A stretch of 64,000 nucleotides of DNA from Kofleriaceae bacterium (GTDB lineage: Bacteria > Myxococcota_A > Polyangia > Haliangiales > Haliangiaceae), in NCBI GenBank assembly GCA_965215005.1, contig CBDCCZ010000004.1, positions 288,001 through 352,000 of the forward strand, in the 5' to 3' direction. The stretch's first letter is position 1, and every line of letters starts with the position of its first letter. Positions 1-10,004 of the stretch are shown in pieces. Under the pieces are notes generated by a model. The model was given only the letters and a program-made list of their open reading frames with translations, ran no database searches and had not been told where the DNA came from. A program made the position numbers and the translations under genes.

Positions 1-264
1 GACCTGTGCGAGGTCACCAACGTCGATGGCAAGAACCTCATCGAGACCGCCACGGAGTACGGCATCTGCGGAGTCCAGTTTGCCGGGGGCCTCTTCGACT
101 GCAACCCGAGCTTCATTGACGGCCCGGATGGCTGGGACATCATTCACGCGGCCAGCAGCGCGGTTCTCGAGAGCGTCTTGCAGTGCGATCCCAGCGCCAT
201 CGACTCGCTGAGCACGCTCGAGAGCACCTATCCTGCCGTGGTCGAGTTTCGACAAGATCTGTAG
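1..264 (+). CDS. C-terminal fragment of a hypothetical protein (runs off window start)
   Basis: Frame +1 is open from base 1 to TAG at 262-264 (DLCEVTNVDGKNLIETATEYGICGVQFAGG...EFRQDL) with GC-rich wobble usage. Confidence 0.6.
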   Translation, partial: DLCEVTNVDGKNLIETATEYGICGVQFAGGLFDCNPSFIDGPDGWDIIHAASSAVLESVLQCDPSAIDSLSTLESTYPAVVEFRQDL

Positions 265-338
265 CAACCACCGCTAGCAGGTTCTCGCCCCGTGCATCGG
301 GGCAGGGGCGAGAACGCGTGCGGCTCCGACGGCCGCCC

Positions 339-809
339 TCAGAGGGTGGTCGGCGCGCGCGCAGCCGAGCCGTGCTCGTCCACCGCTAGGTGCGCGTGCA
401 CCGCTTTGCGCAGCGTATCGAGGCTATCAATAAAGGAAAGCTCCGAGAGTCGTCCGAGCTCAGCCCGCACCTCGCACAGCTCGCCCGCGACCACCACCAG
501 CTCCTCCAACACGCGGCTGTCGTGGACGCATGTGGCCAGCACCGCATGGCAAATGACGTCGGTGCTGCGCGCGAGATAGACCCGCAACAGGCACACCAGC
601 TCTTCGGCATCGTGCTCGAGCGTGAGTGCGCGCTCGGCCAGCAGGCCCAGACCATTGCCCGCGGCCTCCAGCTTGGCACCGTACACGGCGCGAACGAACT
701 CCACTTCCTGGGCGACTCGCTTGAGCGTCAGCGCGCTGGCCAAGAGGCGATGACCGAGCTCGGCGCGCAGAGCGATGGCTGCTTCGAGGAACATCGGTTG
801 CGAGGGCAT
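339..809 (-). CDS. Hypothetical alpha-helical protein
   Basis: ORF 339..869; likely ATG at 809 (MPSQPMFLEAA...); no recognisable motif. Confidence 0.45.
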   Translation of the reverse strand: MPSQPMFLEAAIALRAELGHRLLASALTLKRVAQEVEFVRAVYGAKLEAAGNGLGLLAERALTLEHDAEELVCLLRVYLARSTDVICHAVLATCVHDSRVLEELVVVAGELCEVRAELGRLSELSFIDSLDTLRKAVHAHLAVDEHGSAARAPTTL

Positions 810-1064
810 ACGGTGCTTTCGTCCCAGCATGAGTCCAGGTATGAGCAAGAAGGACTCCAGTGAAATCAATAGTGAAGTCGCTAACGCTCCAGCAATGAAG
901 CGCGGCGGCCTTCACGGCCACAGGATGGCCGCTGGGGTCGCAACCGCGGCTACGTGGGAGCATGCCCTCACATATCGAGGGGCGGCGCCCCCCGCGATAT
1001 GTGAGGGCTCGTGCGACAGCCGCGCCCCTCGCTGCAACCCACGGCGTAGCGTACGGTAGACGGT

Positions 1065-2081
1065 ATGCGGCGACTCCTCGTCCTGGTTATCGCGGTGTCG
1101 ACCTCGTGCGGCGACGACAGCACAGCCACCCCCGCCGCCGCCGCCGCCGACGCCGCCGCCGCCGCCGACGCCGCTGACGCCGCCGAGCCCGTGACTGGCT
1201 GGTCGTCCCTGCCCGAGGTCGCCGTTGGGCCGGTGCAGGAGCATGCCGTCGCCGCGCTCGATGGCCGCGTCTACGTCGTCGGCGGCTTTGACAACACCCG
1301 GGGTGTGCTCGACACCGTTTCCGTATACGACCCTCGTGCACGGCGCTGGAGCCAAGCGGCGCCGGTTCCAGAGAAGGTGCACCACGTCAATCTCGTCGCC
1401 TATGACGGCAAGCTCTATCTCCTTGGCGGCCTCACAGGAGGCTCCTTTACCGCGACTGGCTCGAGCTGGGAGTACGATCCGGCAGCCGACCGCTGGCGAC
1501 TTCTTTCGGCAATGCCTGCAGGCACCGAGCGCGGCGGCGGCGCGGTTGGCGTGCTTGGCGACGAGCTTTGCGTGGCGGGCGGCCTGCGCCGCGGCGCCGT
1601 TGCCGACGTCTCGTGCTACGACCCCGCGGCCGACCGCTGGCGAACCGACCTACCGGAGCTGCCGACGCCCACGGATCACCTGGTAGGAGCCGTTGTCGGT
1701 GGGGTGTTCTACGCCATTGGTGGCCGCGATACCGACATCGACGCGGTAACCGGCGCCGTACTCGCCTACGATCCGGCAGACGGCCAATGGCGCTCCAAGG
1801 CGAGCATGCCGACCGCGCGCGGTGGTATGGCGGCGGCGGTGATCGACGATCATATCTACGTGCTCGGGGGCGAAGGCAACGGCGGCGTCACCTCGGGCGT
1901 GTTCGATGACGTCGAGGCCTACGACGTTCGCGCCGATCAGTGGCGCACGCTCGACCCGATGCGCACGCCTCGGCACGGCATGGGCGCCGCGGCGATCGGT
2001 CGAGTGATTTACGTGCCCGGCGGCGCCACCGAGGCCGGCTTTGGCGCGGTGGCAACCTTCGAAGCACTCCAGGTGCCGTGA
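1065..2081 (+). CDS. Kelch-repeat beta-propeller protein, probable lipoprotein
   Basis: Signal peptide ending in a lipobox-like STSC, Ala/Asp linker, then about six kelch repeats (YVVGG...YDP...W). Confidence 0.9.
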   Translation: MRRLLVLVIAVSTSCGDDSTATPAAAAADAAAAADAADAAEPVTGWSSLPEVAVGPVQEHAVAALDGRVYVVGGFDNTRGVLDTVSVYDPRARRWSQAAPVPEKVHHVNLVAYDGKLYLLGGLTGGSFTATGSSWEYDPAADRWRLLSAMPAGTERGGGAVGVLGDELCVAGGLRRGAVADVSCYDPAADRWRTDLPELPTPTDHLVGAVVGGVFYAIGGRDTDIDAVTGAVLAYDPADGQWRSKASMPTARGGMAAAVIDDHIYVLGGEGNGGVTSGVFDDVEAYDVRADQWRTLDPMRTPRHGMGAAAIGRVIYVPGGATEAGFGAVATFEALQVP

Positions 2082-2127
2082 ATCGCGCCTTGCCGGGTCG
2101 GCCGCTCGGCACTACATACCCTAGGTC

Positions 2128-3318
2128 GTGGCCAGCGCCGCTCGTGTGATCCTGTTTATCGTTGTGAGCGTCGTGCTTCACGGCGGCACTGCCTACTATC
2201 TTTGGCGGCGTCTGGTGGCCGACACCCGGCTAGCGAGGCCATGGCGGAGGCTGGTAACCGCGGTGATCGTGGCCGGAGCGGTGTCGATGCCGCTGGCGAT
2301 GGTCGTCGCGCGATTGCTAACGCCAGCGGTCGGCGGATTGCTCGGGTGGCCGGCATTCTTGTGGATGGCGCTCAGCGGCTTGACGTTGCTCGGGCTCCTC
2401 ATCACAGACCTTGCGCGACTAGCCCGTTGGGGCGGCCAGCGCGCGCTCTCTCGGCAAGCGCCCCAGAGCCCGGCGAGGCGCACGTTCCTCGCCCGCGTCA
2501 TCGGCGGCGGCGTCGCAAGTGCGGCCGGGGGAGCCGTGCTCTATGGCACCCGCCGCGTGCTCGCTGGAGCGCCCGTCGTCGAGGTGCCGGTGCGGCTCGA
2601 GCGCCTGCCGGCGGCGCTCGATGGGTTCTCCTTGGTGCAGCTCAGCGATGTGCACATCGGCTACACGATCGGCCGCGAGTTCATCGTCGACATGGTCGCT
2701 CGCGCCAACGCTGCCGGTGGCGACGCCATCGTCATCACCGGCGACTTGGTAGATGGATCGGTGGCGACGCTGGCCCATGCGGCAGCACCGCTGAGCGAGC
2801 TGCGCGCGCCGCAAGGTGTCTATTTCGTCACCGGCAATCACGAGTACTACTCGGGTGCCGATGCGTGGATTGCCGAGCTGCGTCGCCTCGGCATTCGCGT
2901 GTTGCGCAACGAGCGGGTATCGCTCGGGCGTGGTACGGCTCGCCTCGAGCTCGCCGGCATCGATGATCACAGCGCCGCTAGATATGGTCGCGGTCACGGC
3001 CCCGATCTCGCCGCCGCCGTCGCCGGACGCGATCCTTCGGTGCCGCTCGTGCTGCTAGCGCATCAACCACGACAGGTGCATGAGGCGAGCCGCTTCGGCG
3101 TCGATTTGCAGCTCTCCGGCCATACCCACGGCGGTCAAATCTGGCCATGGCACTACCTCGCCAAGTGGCAACAAGGCGGGTTGCTCGCGGGTCTTTATCG
3201 AATTGGCGATACGCAGCTGTACGTCTCTCGCGGCACCGGTTACTGGGGCCCTCCGGTTCGCGTCGGTGCGCCCGCAGAAATCACTCGGATCGTCCTCCGC
3301 GCGACTCGCGCGACGTAA
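2128..3318 (+). CDS. Membrane-anchored metallophosphoesterase (YkuE-like)
   Basis: N-terminal TM helices; motifs SDVH, TGDLVD, GNHEYY, LAHQP, GHTHGGQ, VSRGTG. Confidence 0.92.
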   Translation: MASAARVILFIVVSVVLHGGTAYYLWRRLVADTRLARPWRRLVTAVIVAGAVSMPLAMVVARLLTPAVGGLLGWPAFLWMALSGLTLLGLLITDLARLARWGGQRALSRQAPQSPARRTFLARVIGGGVASAAGGAVLYGTRRVLAGAPVVEVPVRLERLPAALDGFSLVQLSDVHIGYTIGREFIVDMVARANAAGGDAIVITGDLVDGSVATLAHAAAPLSELRAPQGVYFVTGNHEYYSGADAWIAELRRLGIRVLRNERVSLGRGTARLELAGIDDHSAARYGRGHGPDLAAAVAGRDPSVPLVLLAHQPRQVHEASRFGVDLQLSGHTHGGQIWPWHYLAKWQQGGLLAGLYRIGDTQLYVSRGTGYWGPPVRVGAPAEITRIVLRATRAT

Positions 3319-3327
3319 ATGGGCGGG

Positions 3328-3666
3328 TCAACGTGAGGGCGGCGCGAGGACGCCGAGGCGACGAGCGCGCAGTGTCGTGCCGTCGAGCTCGCCAATCACC
3401 CACACTTTGTAGCCGGGACCGGCGATGCGCGGAACCGCCAGCGGCCCCGCGAGACGCCATTGGCCATCGCTGGTCATCAGCACGAGGACCTCGCCCCGCC
3501 GCTCGATGACTCCAACCCGCGGCGGACCCTCGCCGGCGATATCGTCGATGGCATATCCCGTGGCGGTGATGCGCACCGCTTGCCCTTCGAGTCGCGAAAG
3601 CTCATCCGACGGCGCGGTGAACGGCAGCGCGAGCCCGAGCCAGCACCCCGCAAACAGCGCAATCAT
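3328..3666 (-). CDS. Small secreted or membrane hypothetical protein
   Basis: 112-aa ORF with hydrophobic N-terminus; its start overlaps the PilZ gene stop (3663-3666). Confidence 0.6.
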   Translation of the reverse strand: MIALFAGCWLGLALPFTAPSDELSRLEGQAVRITATGYAIDDIAGEGPPRVGVIERRGEVLVLMTSDGQWRLAGPLAVPRIAGPGYKVWVIGELDGTTLRARRLGVLAPPSR

Positions 3667-4100
3667 GGCGCTACGTCGCGCCCGGTGAGCGTTGCGAAAT
3701 ACTTGGTGAGCTTGAGCGTGGCGTGCACGTCGAGGTCATAGAACTGCACGCCCATGCCCAAGTCGGCACCTTCGGGAGAGGCACCGGGCCCTTGATCGTC
3801 GGTCTCCACCGTCCACCGCACCTCGGCGGCGACCGAGATGCTCTTGTCGTCGTTGTCGGCGGCCTCTGCATCGTCACCGCCGGCGATCGGCACGTGGATG
3901 ACGATCGCCAGGCGCGTGCCCACGGGCAACGGCTCATTGGTGACGATGAACGCGCCCCCTACGCCGATGTTGCGCGTCATCGCCTCACGCGCCGATTCCA
4001 ACGGCTTGTTGGCTTCTCGGTAGTGCAGACCGACGTGCGCGCCAGGTCGTGCCTTCCCGCGAAAGTGCTTCCGCTTCTCGTGCAGCGCCGTGTCTCCCAT
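3663..4100 (-). CDS. PilZ-domain protein
   Basis: KRKHFR (RxxxR) and NIGVGGAFI (D/NxSxxG-like) motifs; C-terminal GMGVQF. Confidence 0.85.
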   Translation of the reverse strand: MGDTALHEKRKHFRGKARPGAHVGLHYREANKPLESAREAMTRNIGVGGAFIVTNEPLPVGTRLAIVIHVPIAGGDDAEAADNDDKSISVAAEVRWTVETDDQGPGASPEGADLGMGVQFYDLDVHATLKLTKYFATLTGRDVAP

Positions 4101-4186
4101 GCCCCAAACGGGAGTTTAATCAAACCCCTGGGGCGCATGCAAACTGGTTTGACGGCGTCCGGCTTGCCGAGTAGCCTGCTCCGGCT

Positions 4187-6070
4187 TTGAAGTATCATCT
4201 CATTGGGATAGGCGGCACCGGTATGGGCGCCCTGGCTGGCTTGCTGAAGGCAGCAGGCCATCAGGTTCGTGGCTCCGATACCGCGCTTTACCCTCCAATG
4301 AGCGACCAGCTAGCAGCGCTGGGAATCGCCGCCTTCACCGGCTTTGCTGCCGAACATCTCGATTGGGGCCCCGACGTCGTGGTCGTGGGTAATGTATGCC
4401 GCAAGGACCATGTCGAAGCGGTCACGGCCGAAGAACGCGGCATTCCCAGGCGGTCGATGCCGCAGGTACTCGCCGATGAGCTTCTCGGCGATAAGCACGC
4501 ACTGGTCGTGACCGGCACCCACGGCAAGACCACCACGTCCTCGCTGTTATCCCACATCTTGATCACCGCGGGGCGCGATCCGGGCGCGTTCATCGGCGGT
4601 GTTCCCGTTGGGCTCGGTCGCGGCTGGCGCTACGGTGATGGCAACGAGTTCGTGATCGAAGGCGACGAGTACGACAGCGCGTTCTTCGACAAAGAGAGCA
4701 AGTTTCTCCACTATCGGCCGCGCACCGCCATCCTCACCTCGGTCGAGCTCGACCACGTCGACATCTTCGCGACCATGGAAGATGTGCGCGATGCGTTTCG
4801 CAAGTTCGTCGCGCTGATTCCCGAGGACGGCTTGCTCGTGGTGTCGAGCGAGTCCGAAGAGGCAATGGCCATCAGCGAGGCGACGGCGCGGTGCCGTGTC
4901 GAGACCTACGCGGCCGATCGCGATGGGCATCCAGAGGCGCTGGAGCGCGCGCCGATGTGGCACGCGCGTCGCCTCCAGTACACCAAGCACGGCCGCTGCA
5001 CGTTCGAGCTGTATCGCTCCGGCGAGCTGTTCGATCGCTATGAGAGCTTGCTCGTCGGTCACCATAACGTCGGCAACGCGGTGGCCGCCATCGCGGTTGC
5101 AAACTCCCTCGCGATCGAGCCCGATGTCATCCGCTTGGCACTGGCCACATTTGCTGGCGTCAAGCGCCGGCAGGAGATTCGCGGCATTGCCCAGGGCGTC
5201 TACGTTCTCGACGACTACGCCCATCATCCCACCGCAGTTCGCGAAACCATCTTGGCGCTGCGCCGGCGGTTCCCGACCCGCCGCTTGATTGCCGTCTACG
5301 AGCCGCGCTCGGCGACCAGCCGCCGCAAGACCTTCCAGCGCGAGTTCGTCAAGTCGTTCGCTCACGCCGACATGGTGCTCGTTGGCCGCCTCTACGGCGC
5401 CGAAGGAATTCCCGCCGAAGACCGTTTCGACCCCGAGCTACTGGCGCTCGATCTGCACCGCCGCGGCACCCACGCCAGCTATGTCCCCGAAGTCGATGGG
5501 ATTGTCGCGCACCTGGTCGAGCACGCTCGGCCCGGTGATGTGGTAGCGGTGCTCAGCTCGGGCGCGTTCGACAACCTGCACGAAAAGCTGCTCATGGCGC
5601 TTGGCGATGCGGTGTTGCCGGCGCGTGCCACGGACATGGCCGAGGTGCGAGCGCTCGATGCGGCTCTCGAAACCCACTCAGTGGATTTAGAAGACGAAGA
5701 CGCATCTCACTTCTTCGTCTTGCGCAACGAAAACGGCTTCGTCGGCTGCGTAGCGCTGGATGTCTTTGGCGAAGATGGGATCTTGCGCGCGTTGGCGGTG
5801 AAGAAGGAATGCCGCGGCGTTGGCTACGGCTGGATGCTCGCTGACGCGGTCATCGCCGAGGCCCGGCATCGCGGGATTCGCCGCATCTACTTGCTGACCA
5901 ACACCGCCAGCGATTGGTTTGCCTCCAAGCATGGCTTTCGCATCGTCGACCTTTCCACCGTTGCGCCCCAGGTTGCCGCCTCGGCGACCTTTCCGCCGGC
6001 AGCGCGATCACGCCGCGGTGGCCATGCGCCTCGATCTCTGAGCGTGTTCGCTCAACTCGGCTTCGGGTAG
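4187..6070 (+). CDS. mpl: UDP-MurNAc:tripeptide ligase (Mpl/MurC family) fused to a C-terminal GNAT acetyltransferase
   Basis: IGIGGTGMGALA, GTHGKTTT, EGDEYDSAFFDK, DDYAHHPT, EPRSATSR motifs; C-terminal GNAT (LRALAV...RGVGYG...YLLT). Probable +1 indel near 5990: the alternative frame ends FRRQRDHAAVAMRLDL* at about 6041. Confidence 0.88.
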   Translation: MKYHLIGIGGTGMGALAGLLKAAGHQVRGSDTALYPPMSDQLAALGIAAFTGFAAEHLDWGPDVVVVGNVCRKDHVEAVTAEERGIPRRSMPQVLADELLGDKHALVVTGTHGKTTTSSLLSHILITAGRDPGAFIGGVPVGLGRGWRYGDGNEFVIEGDEYDSAFFDKESKFLHYRPRTAILTSVELDHVDIFATMEDVRDAFRKFVALIPEDGLLVVSSESEEAMAISEATARCRVETYAADRDGHPEALERAPMWHARRLQYTKHGRCTFELYRSGELFDRYESLLVGHHNVGNAVAAIAVANSLAIEPDVIRLALATFAGVKRRQEIRGIAQGVYVLDDYAHHPTAVRETILALRRRFPTRRLIAVYEPRSATSRRKTFQREFVKSFAHADMVLVGRLYGAEGIPAEDRFDPELLALDLHRRGTHASYVPEVDGIVAHLVEHARPGDVVAVLSSGAFDNLHEKLLMALGDAVLPARATDMAEVRALDAALETHSVDLEDEDASHFFVLRNENGFVGCVALDVFGEDGILRALAVKKECRGVGYGWMLADAVIAEARHRGIRRIYLLTNTASDWFASKHGFRIVDLSTVAPQVAASATFPPAARSRRGGHAPRSLSVFAQLGFG

Positions 6071-6139
6071 TCGCTCGACGCGGCGCCATCGTCGATTGGT
6101 GACTCCTGCCATGCGCTGGCCGGCGCTAGGGCGGCTACA

Positions 6140-6979
6140 GTGCGGCGCATGAGCACCGAGCTCGCAGACGCTTTAGATATCGCACGCGCCGTCGCTGCCG
6201 AAGCGGCCGCGCTGCTAACCGGCGCGGCTGGCAAGGTGGGGCAGGTGCGCAGCAAGAGCAACCCGCGCGACTTGGTCACCGAGTGGGACACGCGCACCGA
6301 AGAGCTCATCCGCGAGCAGCTCGGCCGGCACACGCCGCGCATCCCCATCCTTGCGGAGGAAGCCGGCGCGTCTGGCGGTCCGGTGGAAGAGCTCGAGTGG
6401 GTCGTTGATCCGATTGATGGCACCGTAAACTTCGCCCACGGGTTGCCGATGTTTGCCGTTTCGATCGGCCTAGAGCAGCGGGGCCAGCCGGTCGTCGGCG
6501 TGGTCGCAGCGCCGGCGCTCGGCTGGACGTTTTGGGGGCGGCGCGGCGGCGGCGCCTTCCATGATGAGAATCCGATGCGCGTGAGCACCACGGCACGCCT
6601 CGAGCAAGCCTTGCTCGCTACCGGCTTTCCCTACGATCGCGCCACCAACCCGGACAACAACCTGCGCGAGTGGGATCATTTCCAGCGGCACGCCGGGGCC
6701 TGTCGCCGCTTCGGCGCCGCGTCCCTCGATCTATGTATGGTCGCGCGCGGCTGGTTCGACGGTTACTGGGAGAAACAGCTCAAGCCATGGGATCTCGCTG
6801 CCGGCGTGCTGCTCGTCATCGAGGCCGGCGGTTGCGTCACCGGCTGGAAGGGCCAATCCTTCTGCACGCGAGATGGAGCGGCGGTGGCCAGCAATGGTGC
6901 TATTCATTCCCAGCTCACCGACGAGCTCGCCGAGATCGGCAGAGCCCGCGAATCGGGCACGAGGCATCCTCATGAATGA
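6140..6979 (+). CDS. suhB: Inositol monophosphatase family protein
   Basis: WVVDPIDGTVNFAHG, ATGFPYD, WDLAAG motifs. Confidence 0.9.
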   Translation: MRRMSTELADALDIARAVAAEAAALLTGAAGKVGQVRSKSNPRDLVTEWDTRTEELIREQLGRHTPRIPILAEEAGASGGPVEELEWVVDPIDGTVNFAHGLPMFAVSIGLEQRGQPVVGVVAAPALGWTFWGRRGGGAFHDENPMRVSTTARLEQALLATGFPYDRATNPDNNLREWDHFQRHAGACRRFGAASLDLCMVARGWFDGYWEKQLKPWDLAAGVLLVIEAGGCVTGWKGQSFCTRDGAAVASNGAIHSQLTDELAEIGRARESGTRHPHE

Positions 6980-8315
6980 GACATCACCCGGGTATCCAGC
7001 GAAACAGCCGGTGCGGCGATGCCGGAGCGCAGGCCTGAGGCGATCCGCGCTGCGCATCGCAGGGAGCGCGCTTCTGGCCCTTTCAGTGGTTGCTTGGGCG
7101 GCCGTGGCAAACGCCGAGCCGCAGGCCTCGCGAGCTCGCTTCGAGCTCGGGGAGGTGCAGGGAGCTCTGGCGGTGCAGCGGCTCGACGGTTGGTTGCTGT
7201 ATGGCAACGGCAAGAAAAACGCCATCGCCTCCGAGCTGGTGAATCCCGCAAAGCCGCGGCACGCCTGGTACTACTTCATCCCGGCGCGGGGCGAGCCCAT
7301 CGCCATCGTGCGCGATAGCGATGCCGCGGCTTTTGCAGACGTTCCCGGCACCGTCGTCACTTTTTCCGGCGCGCGTGGCCTCAGCGATGCCCTCGCCAAG
7401 ACGCTTGCCGGCTCCAAGCGCGTTGCCATGGAGTACGCGCCGAAATCGGGCATCCCCTCGCTCACGCGGGTGGACGCGGCCACGGTCAATCGCATCGAAA
7501 CGCTCGGCATTGCGATCGAGAGCTCCGCTGGTCTGGTTCAGCTCACGAAGTCGCTGTGGGGCGCAAAGGGGCGCGTCGCGCATTACGTTGCCGCCCACCA
7601 TCTCGAAAAGCTCGTGCAGGACGCGCTGGCGTTCGTCGCGCAAAAAATTGCCGCCGGCGAGCGCGTCACCGAGCACGACGTGCAGCAGCGGCTGCTTAGC
7701 GGCTACGCAATTCGCGGCATCGCCGGCGCTCCGCCGATGGTTGCAGCGGGTCCCAACACGGCTAAGCCGGACTACATGCCCACCAAACAGCGCTCCCGCG
7801 CAATCGCCGAGGGAGATCTGTTGATGATTGACCTCTGGGCACGCGCCGAGGCCGCCGAGCGGCCCATTGTTGCTGAGCTGGCGTGGATGGCCTATGTCGG
7901 CAGCGAGGTGCCCGCTCCTTATCAAGAGCGATTTGCCGCGGTTGCGCAGGCGCGCGAGGCGGTGTTGACACTGCTGCGCGAGCGCGCTGCGCGGCGTCGG
8001 CCGGTGCAAGGATTTGAAGCTGATCGTGCGGCACGCGCGAGTCTGGCCGAGCTGGCCGACGCGTTCCTTCATCGCACTGGCCACTCGCTCGATACCTCGG
8101 CAGCGGGAGACGGCGCCAACCTCGACGACTACGACACCAAAGACACCCGCACCCTGGTCACCGGCTCTGGCTTCACAGTCGGCCCGGGCATCTACGTACC
8201 CGGCGAGTATGGGCTTCGCAGCGAGGTCGACGTGTTCTTGGCCCCGGGGCGCGTTGAGGTCACAACGCCGGTGCAGACGTCGATCCAGCCGATTCTGCCG
8301 CCCGCTGGCTCGTGA
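6972..8315 (+). CDS. M24 (Xaa-Pro aminopeptidase-like) family protein with an N-terminal signal
   Basis: HRTGHSL, GANLDDYDTKDTR, PGIY, GLRSEVDV; likely ATG at 6972 overlapping the suhB end; hydrophobic signal ending VANA. Confidence 0.8.
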   Translation: MNETSPGYPAKQPVRRCRSAGLRRSALRIAGSALLALSVVAWAAVANAEPQASRARFELGEVQGALAVQRLDGWLLYGNGKKNAIASELVNPAKPRHAWYYFIPARGEPIAIVRDSDAAAFADVPGTVVTFSGARGLSDALAKTLAGSKRVAMEYAPKSGIPSLTRVDAATVNRIETLGIAIESSAGLVQLTKSLWGAKGRVAHYVAAHHLEKLVQDALAFVAQKIAAGERVTEHDVQQRLLSGYAIRGIAGAPPMVAAGPNTAKPDYMPTKQRSRAIAEGDLLMIDLWARAEAAERPIVAELAWMAYVGSEVPAPYQERFAAVAQAREAVLTLLRERAARRRPVQGFEADRAARASLAELADAFLHRTGHSLDTSAAGDGANLDDYDTKDTRTLVTGSGFTVGPGIYVPGEYGLRSEVDVFLAPGRVEVTTPVQTSIQPILPPAGS

Positions 8316-8361
8316 TTAACGCTCGCTTCGGTGCGCCGCGAGGTCGGGCGGGGAGCTGGCG

Positions 8362-8946
8362 ATGATCTCCGACTGCGCCGCGGTCATTCTGGCCGGCGGG
8401 CAAGGCCGACGGCTCGGCGGGTGCGTCAAGCCGCTGCTAGAGATCGATGGCCGGCGCATCATCGATCGGCAGCTCGAGGTTTTGCGTCGGGTTGCTGCGC
8501 CTATCGCGCTTTCGGTGCGCGATCAGAACGCGGCGCTCACCGAGTTGCAGCTGCCACTCGTGCGCGATGATGATCGCTACCAGGGCCCGCTCGGGGGGAT
8601 TGCGGCGGCGCTGGCATGGTCACCGCAACCGTGGCTGCTGGTCGTCGCCGGCGATATGCCGCTGCTTGCCGCCGACGTCTTGCACCTACTCGGCCAGCAT
8701 CGCGCTGGCGTCGAGCTGGTGTGCCCGGAAGCCGGTGGCTCACTTCAGCCACTCTGCGCGTTGTACTCCCGTCGCTGCCTCACGCGTGCACGTGCTCTGT
8801 TAGCGGCGGGGCAGCGTTCCGTGCAGGCGTTGGTGACAGATCCGTCGCTGCGCACAGCCGTGCTTTCGGAACGCCAGTTGCGTGTCGCTGACGCCGACCT
8901 TTCGTTCCTGACAAACCTAAACACGCCGCAGGATCTGCCGTGCTAA
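8362..8946 (+). CDS. mobA: Molybdenum cofactor guanylyltransferase
   Basis: ILAGGQGRRLGG..K, GPLGGI, AGDMP, QPLCALY, FLTNLNTP. Confidence 0.9.
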   Translation: MISDCAAVILAGGQGRRLGGCVKPLLEIDGRRIIDRQLEVLRRVAAPIALSVRDQNAALTELQLPLVRDDDRYQGPLGGIAAALAWSPQPWLLVVAGDMPLLAADVLHLLGQHRAGVELVCPEAGGSLQPLCALYSRRCLTRARALLAAGQRSVQALVTDPSLRTAVLSERQLRVADADLSFLTNLNTPQDLPC

Positions 8947-8952
8947 GGCGCG

Positions 8953-9993
8953 GTGGATCGGCTATCGTCGCGCACCATGCGAGTTGGCTCGCTACACATC
9001 GATCTACCGGTTTTGTTGGCACCCATGGCGGCGGTTACCGATCTGCCGTTTCGCACCGTCTGCGAAGAGCTGGGCGTCGGCTTGACGATCACTGAGTTCC
9101 TCTCGGCGCACGCGCTCGAGGCGGGCGCTCAGAAGACCATCGACAAGCTCACCCCAAGCCTTGGCGGCCGAGCGTTTGGCGTGCAGATCTTCGGTCGCGA
9201 GCCGGAGCCGATGATCGTCGCTGCGCAAATGGCGGTGGCGATCGGTGCCTCGCTCGTAGACATCAACATGGGCTGTCCGGCCAAACGAGTGGTCGCCGGC
9301 GAGTGTGGCTCGGCGCTGATGCGTGAGCCGGCGGTTGCACAAGAGCTCGTCCGCACGGTTGTGGGCGCCGTTCCCGCCGAGGTGCCGGTGACGGTGAAGC
9401 ACCGCGCTGGTTGGGACGCCATGCATCGCAATGCGCCGGAGTTCGCGTGCGCCATGATCGAAGCCGGCGCCAAAATGATCACCGTGCACGGGCGTACCCG
9501 AACCCAAGGATTTTCGGGCAGCTCCGATCTGGAGATCATTCGCAAGGTGCGCGAGGCGGCGCCGCCGGAGGTCCCGGTGGTGGGCAACGGCGATGTCGTC
9601 GATATCGACGGCTATCGCCGCATGCGCGAGGTCACCGGCTGCGATGCGGTGATGATCGGACGCGGCGCGCAGGGCAACCCATGGTTGTTTCGCCGGCTGC
9701 GCGAGCTTTCCCAAGGGCGCGGCGACCCAGGCGAGCCGTCGGGGGCAGAACGCATCGCGGTGTTCCGTCGCCACGTCGCTTTGATCCTCGAGTTGAAGTC
9801 GGGTCCCAAGGTGATTCACGAGCTCCGCAAAGCGTGCGCGTGGTACGCCAAGGGGCAACGCGGCTGCAACGCCTTTCGCCAGCACATCTGGAAGCTCCGC
9901 GAGGCCGGCGACACCATCGCGGCGGCGGAGGCCTATTTTCAGTCGCTCGATCACACCGCTCCGCCGCCAGTCGCGGCAGTCTCCGCCGCTTGA
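8953..9993 (+). CDS. dusB: tRNA-dihydrouridine synthase B
   Basis: LAPMA, DINMGCP, TVHGRTR, GNGDV, VMIGRGAQGNPW. Confidence 0.93.
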   Translation: MDRLSSRTMRVGSLHIDLPVLLAPMAAVTDLPFRTVCEELGVGLTITEFLSAHALEAGAQKTIDKLTPSLGGRAFGVQIFGREPEPMIVAAQMAVAIGASLVDINMGCPAKRVVAGECGSALMREPAVAQELVRTVVGAVPAEVPVTVKHRAGWDAMHRNAPEFACAMIEAGAKMITVHGRTRTQGFSGSSDLEIIRKVREAAPPEVPVVGNGDVVDIDGYRRMREVTGCDAVMIGRGAQGNPWLFRRLRELSQGRGDPGEPSGAERIAVFRRHVALILELKSGPKVIHELRKACAWYAKGQRGCNAFRQHIWKLREAGDTIAAAEAYFQSLDHTAPPPVAAVSAA

Positions 9994-10004
9994 CGCGAGG
10001 AACG

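Noticed and set aside
1130..1190. GCC trinucleotide runs (also 49133-49180)
   Set aside because: They encode Ala and Gly linkers within proteins.
9411..10004. N-terminal extension of the 558-aa regulator ORF
   Set aside because: Overlaps dusB out of frame and reads as Arg-rich shadow sequence; the real start is ATG 10005.
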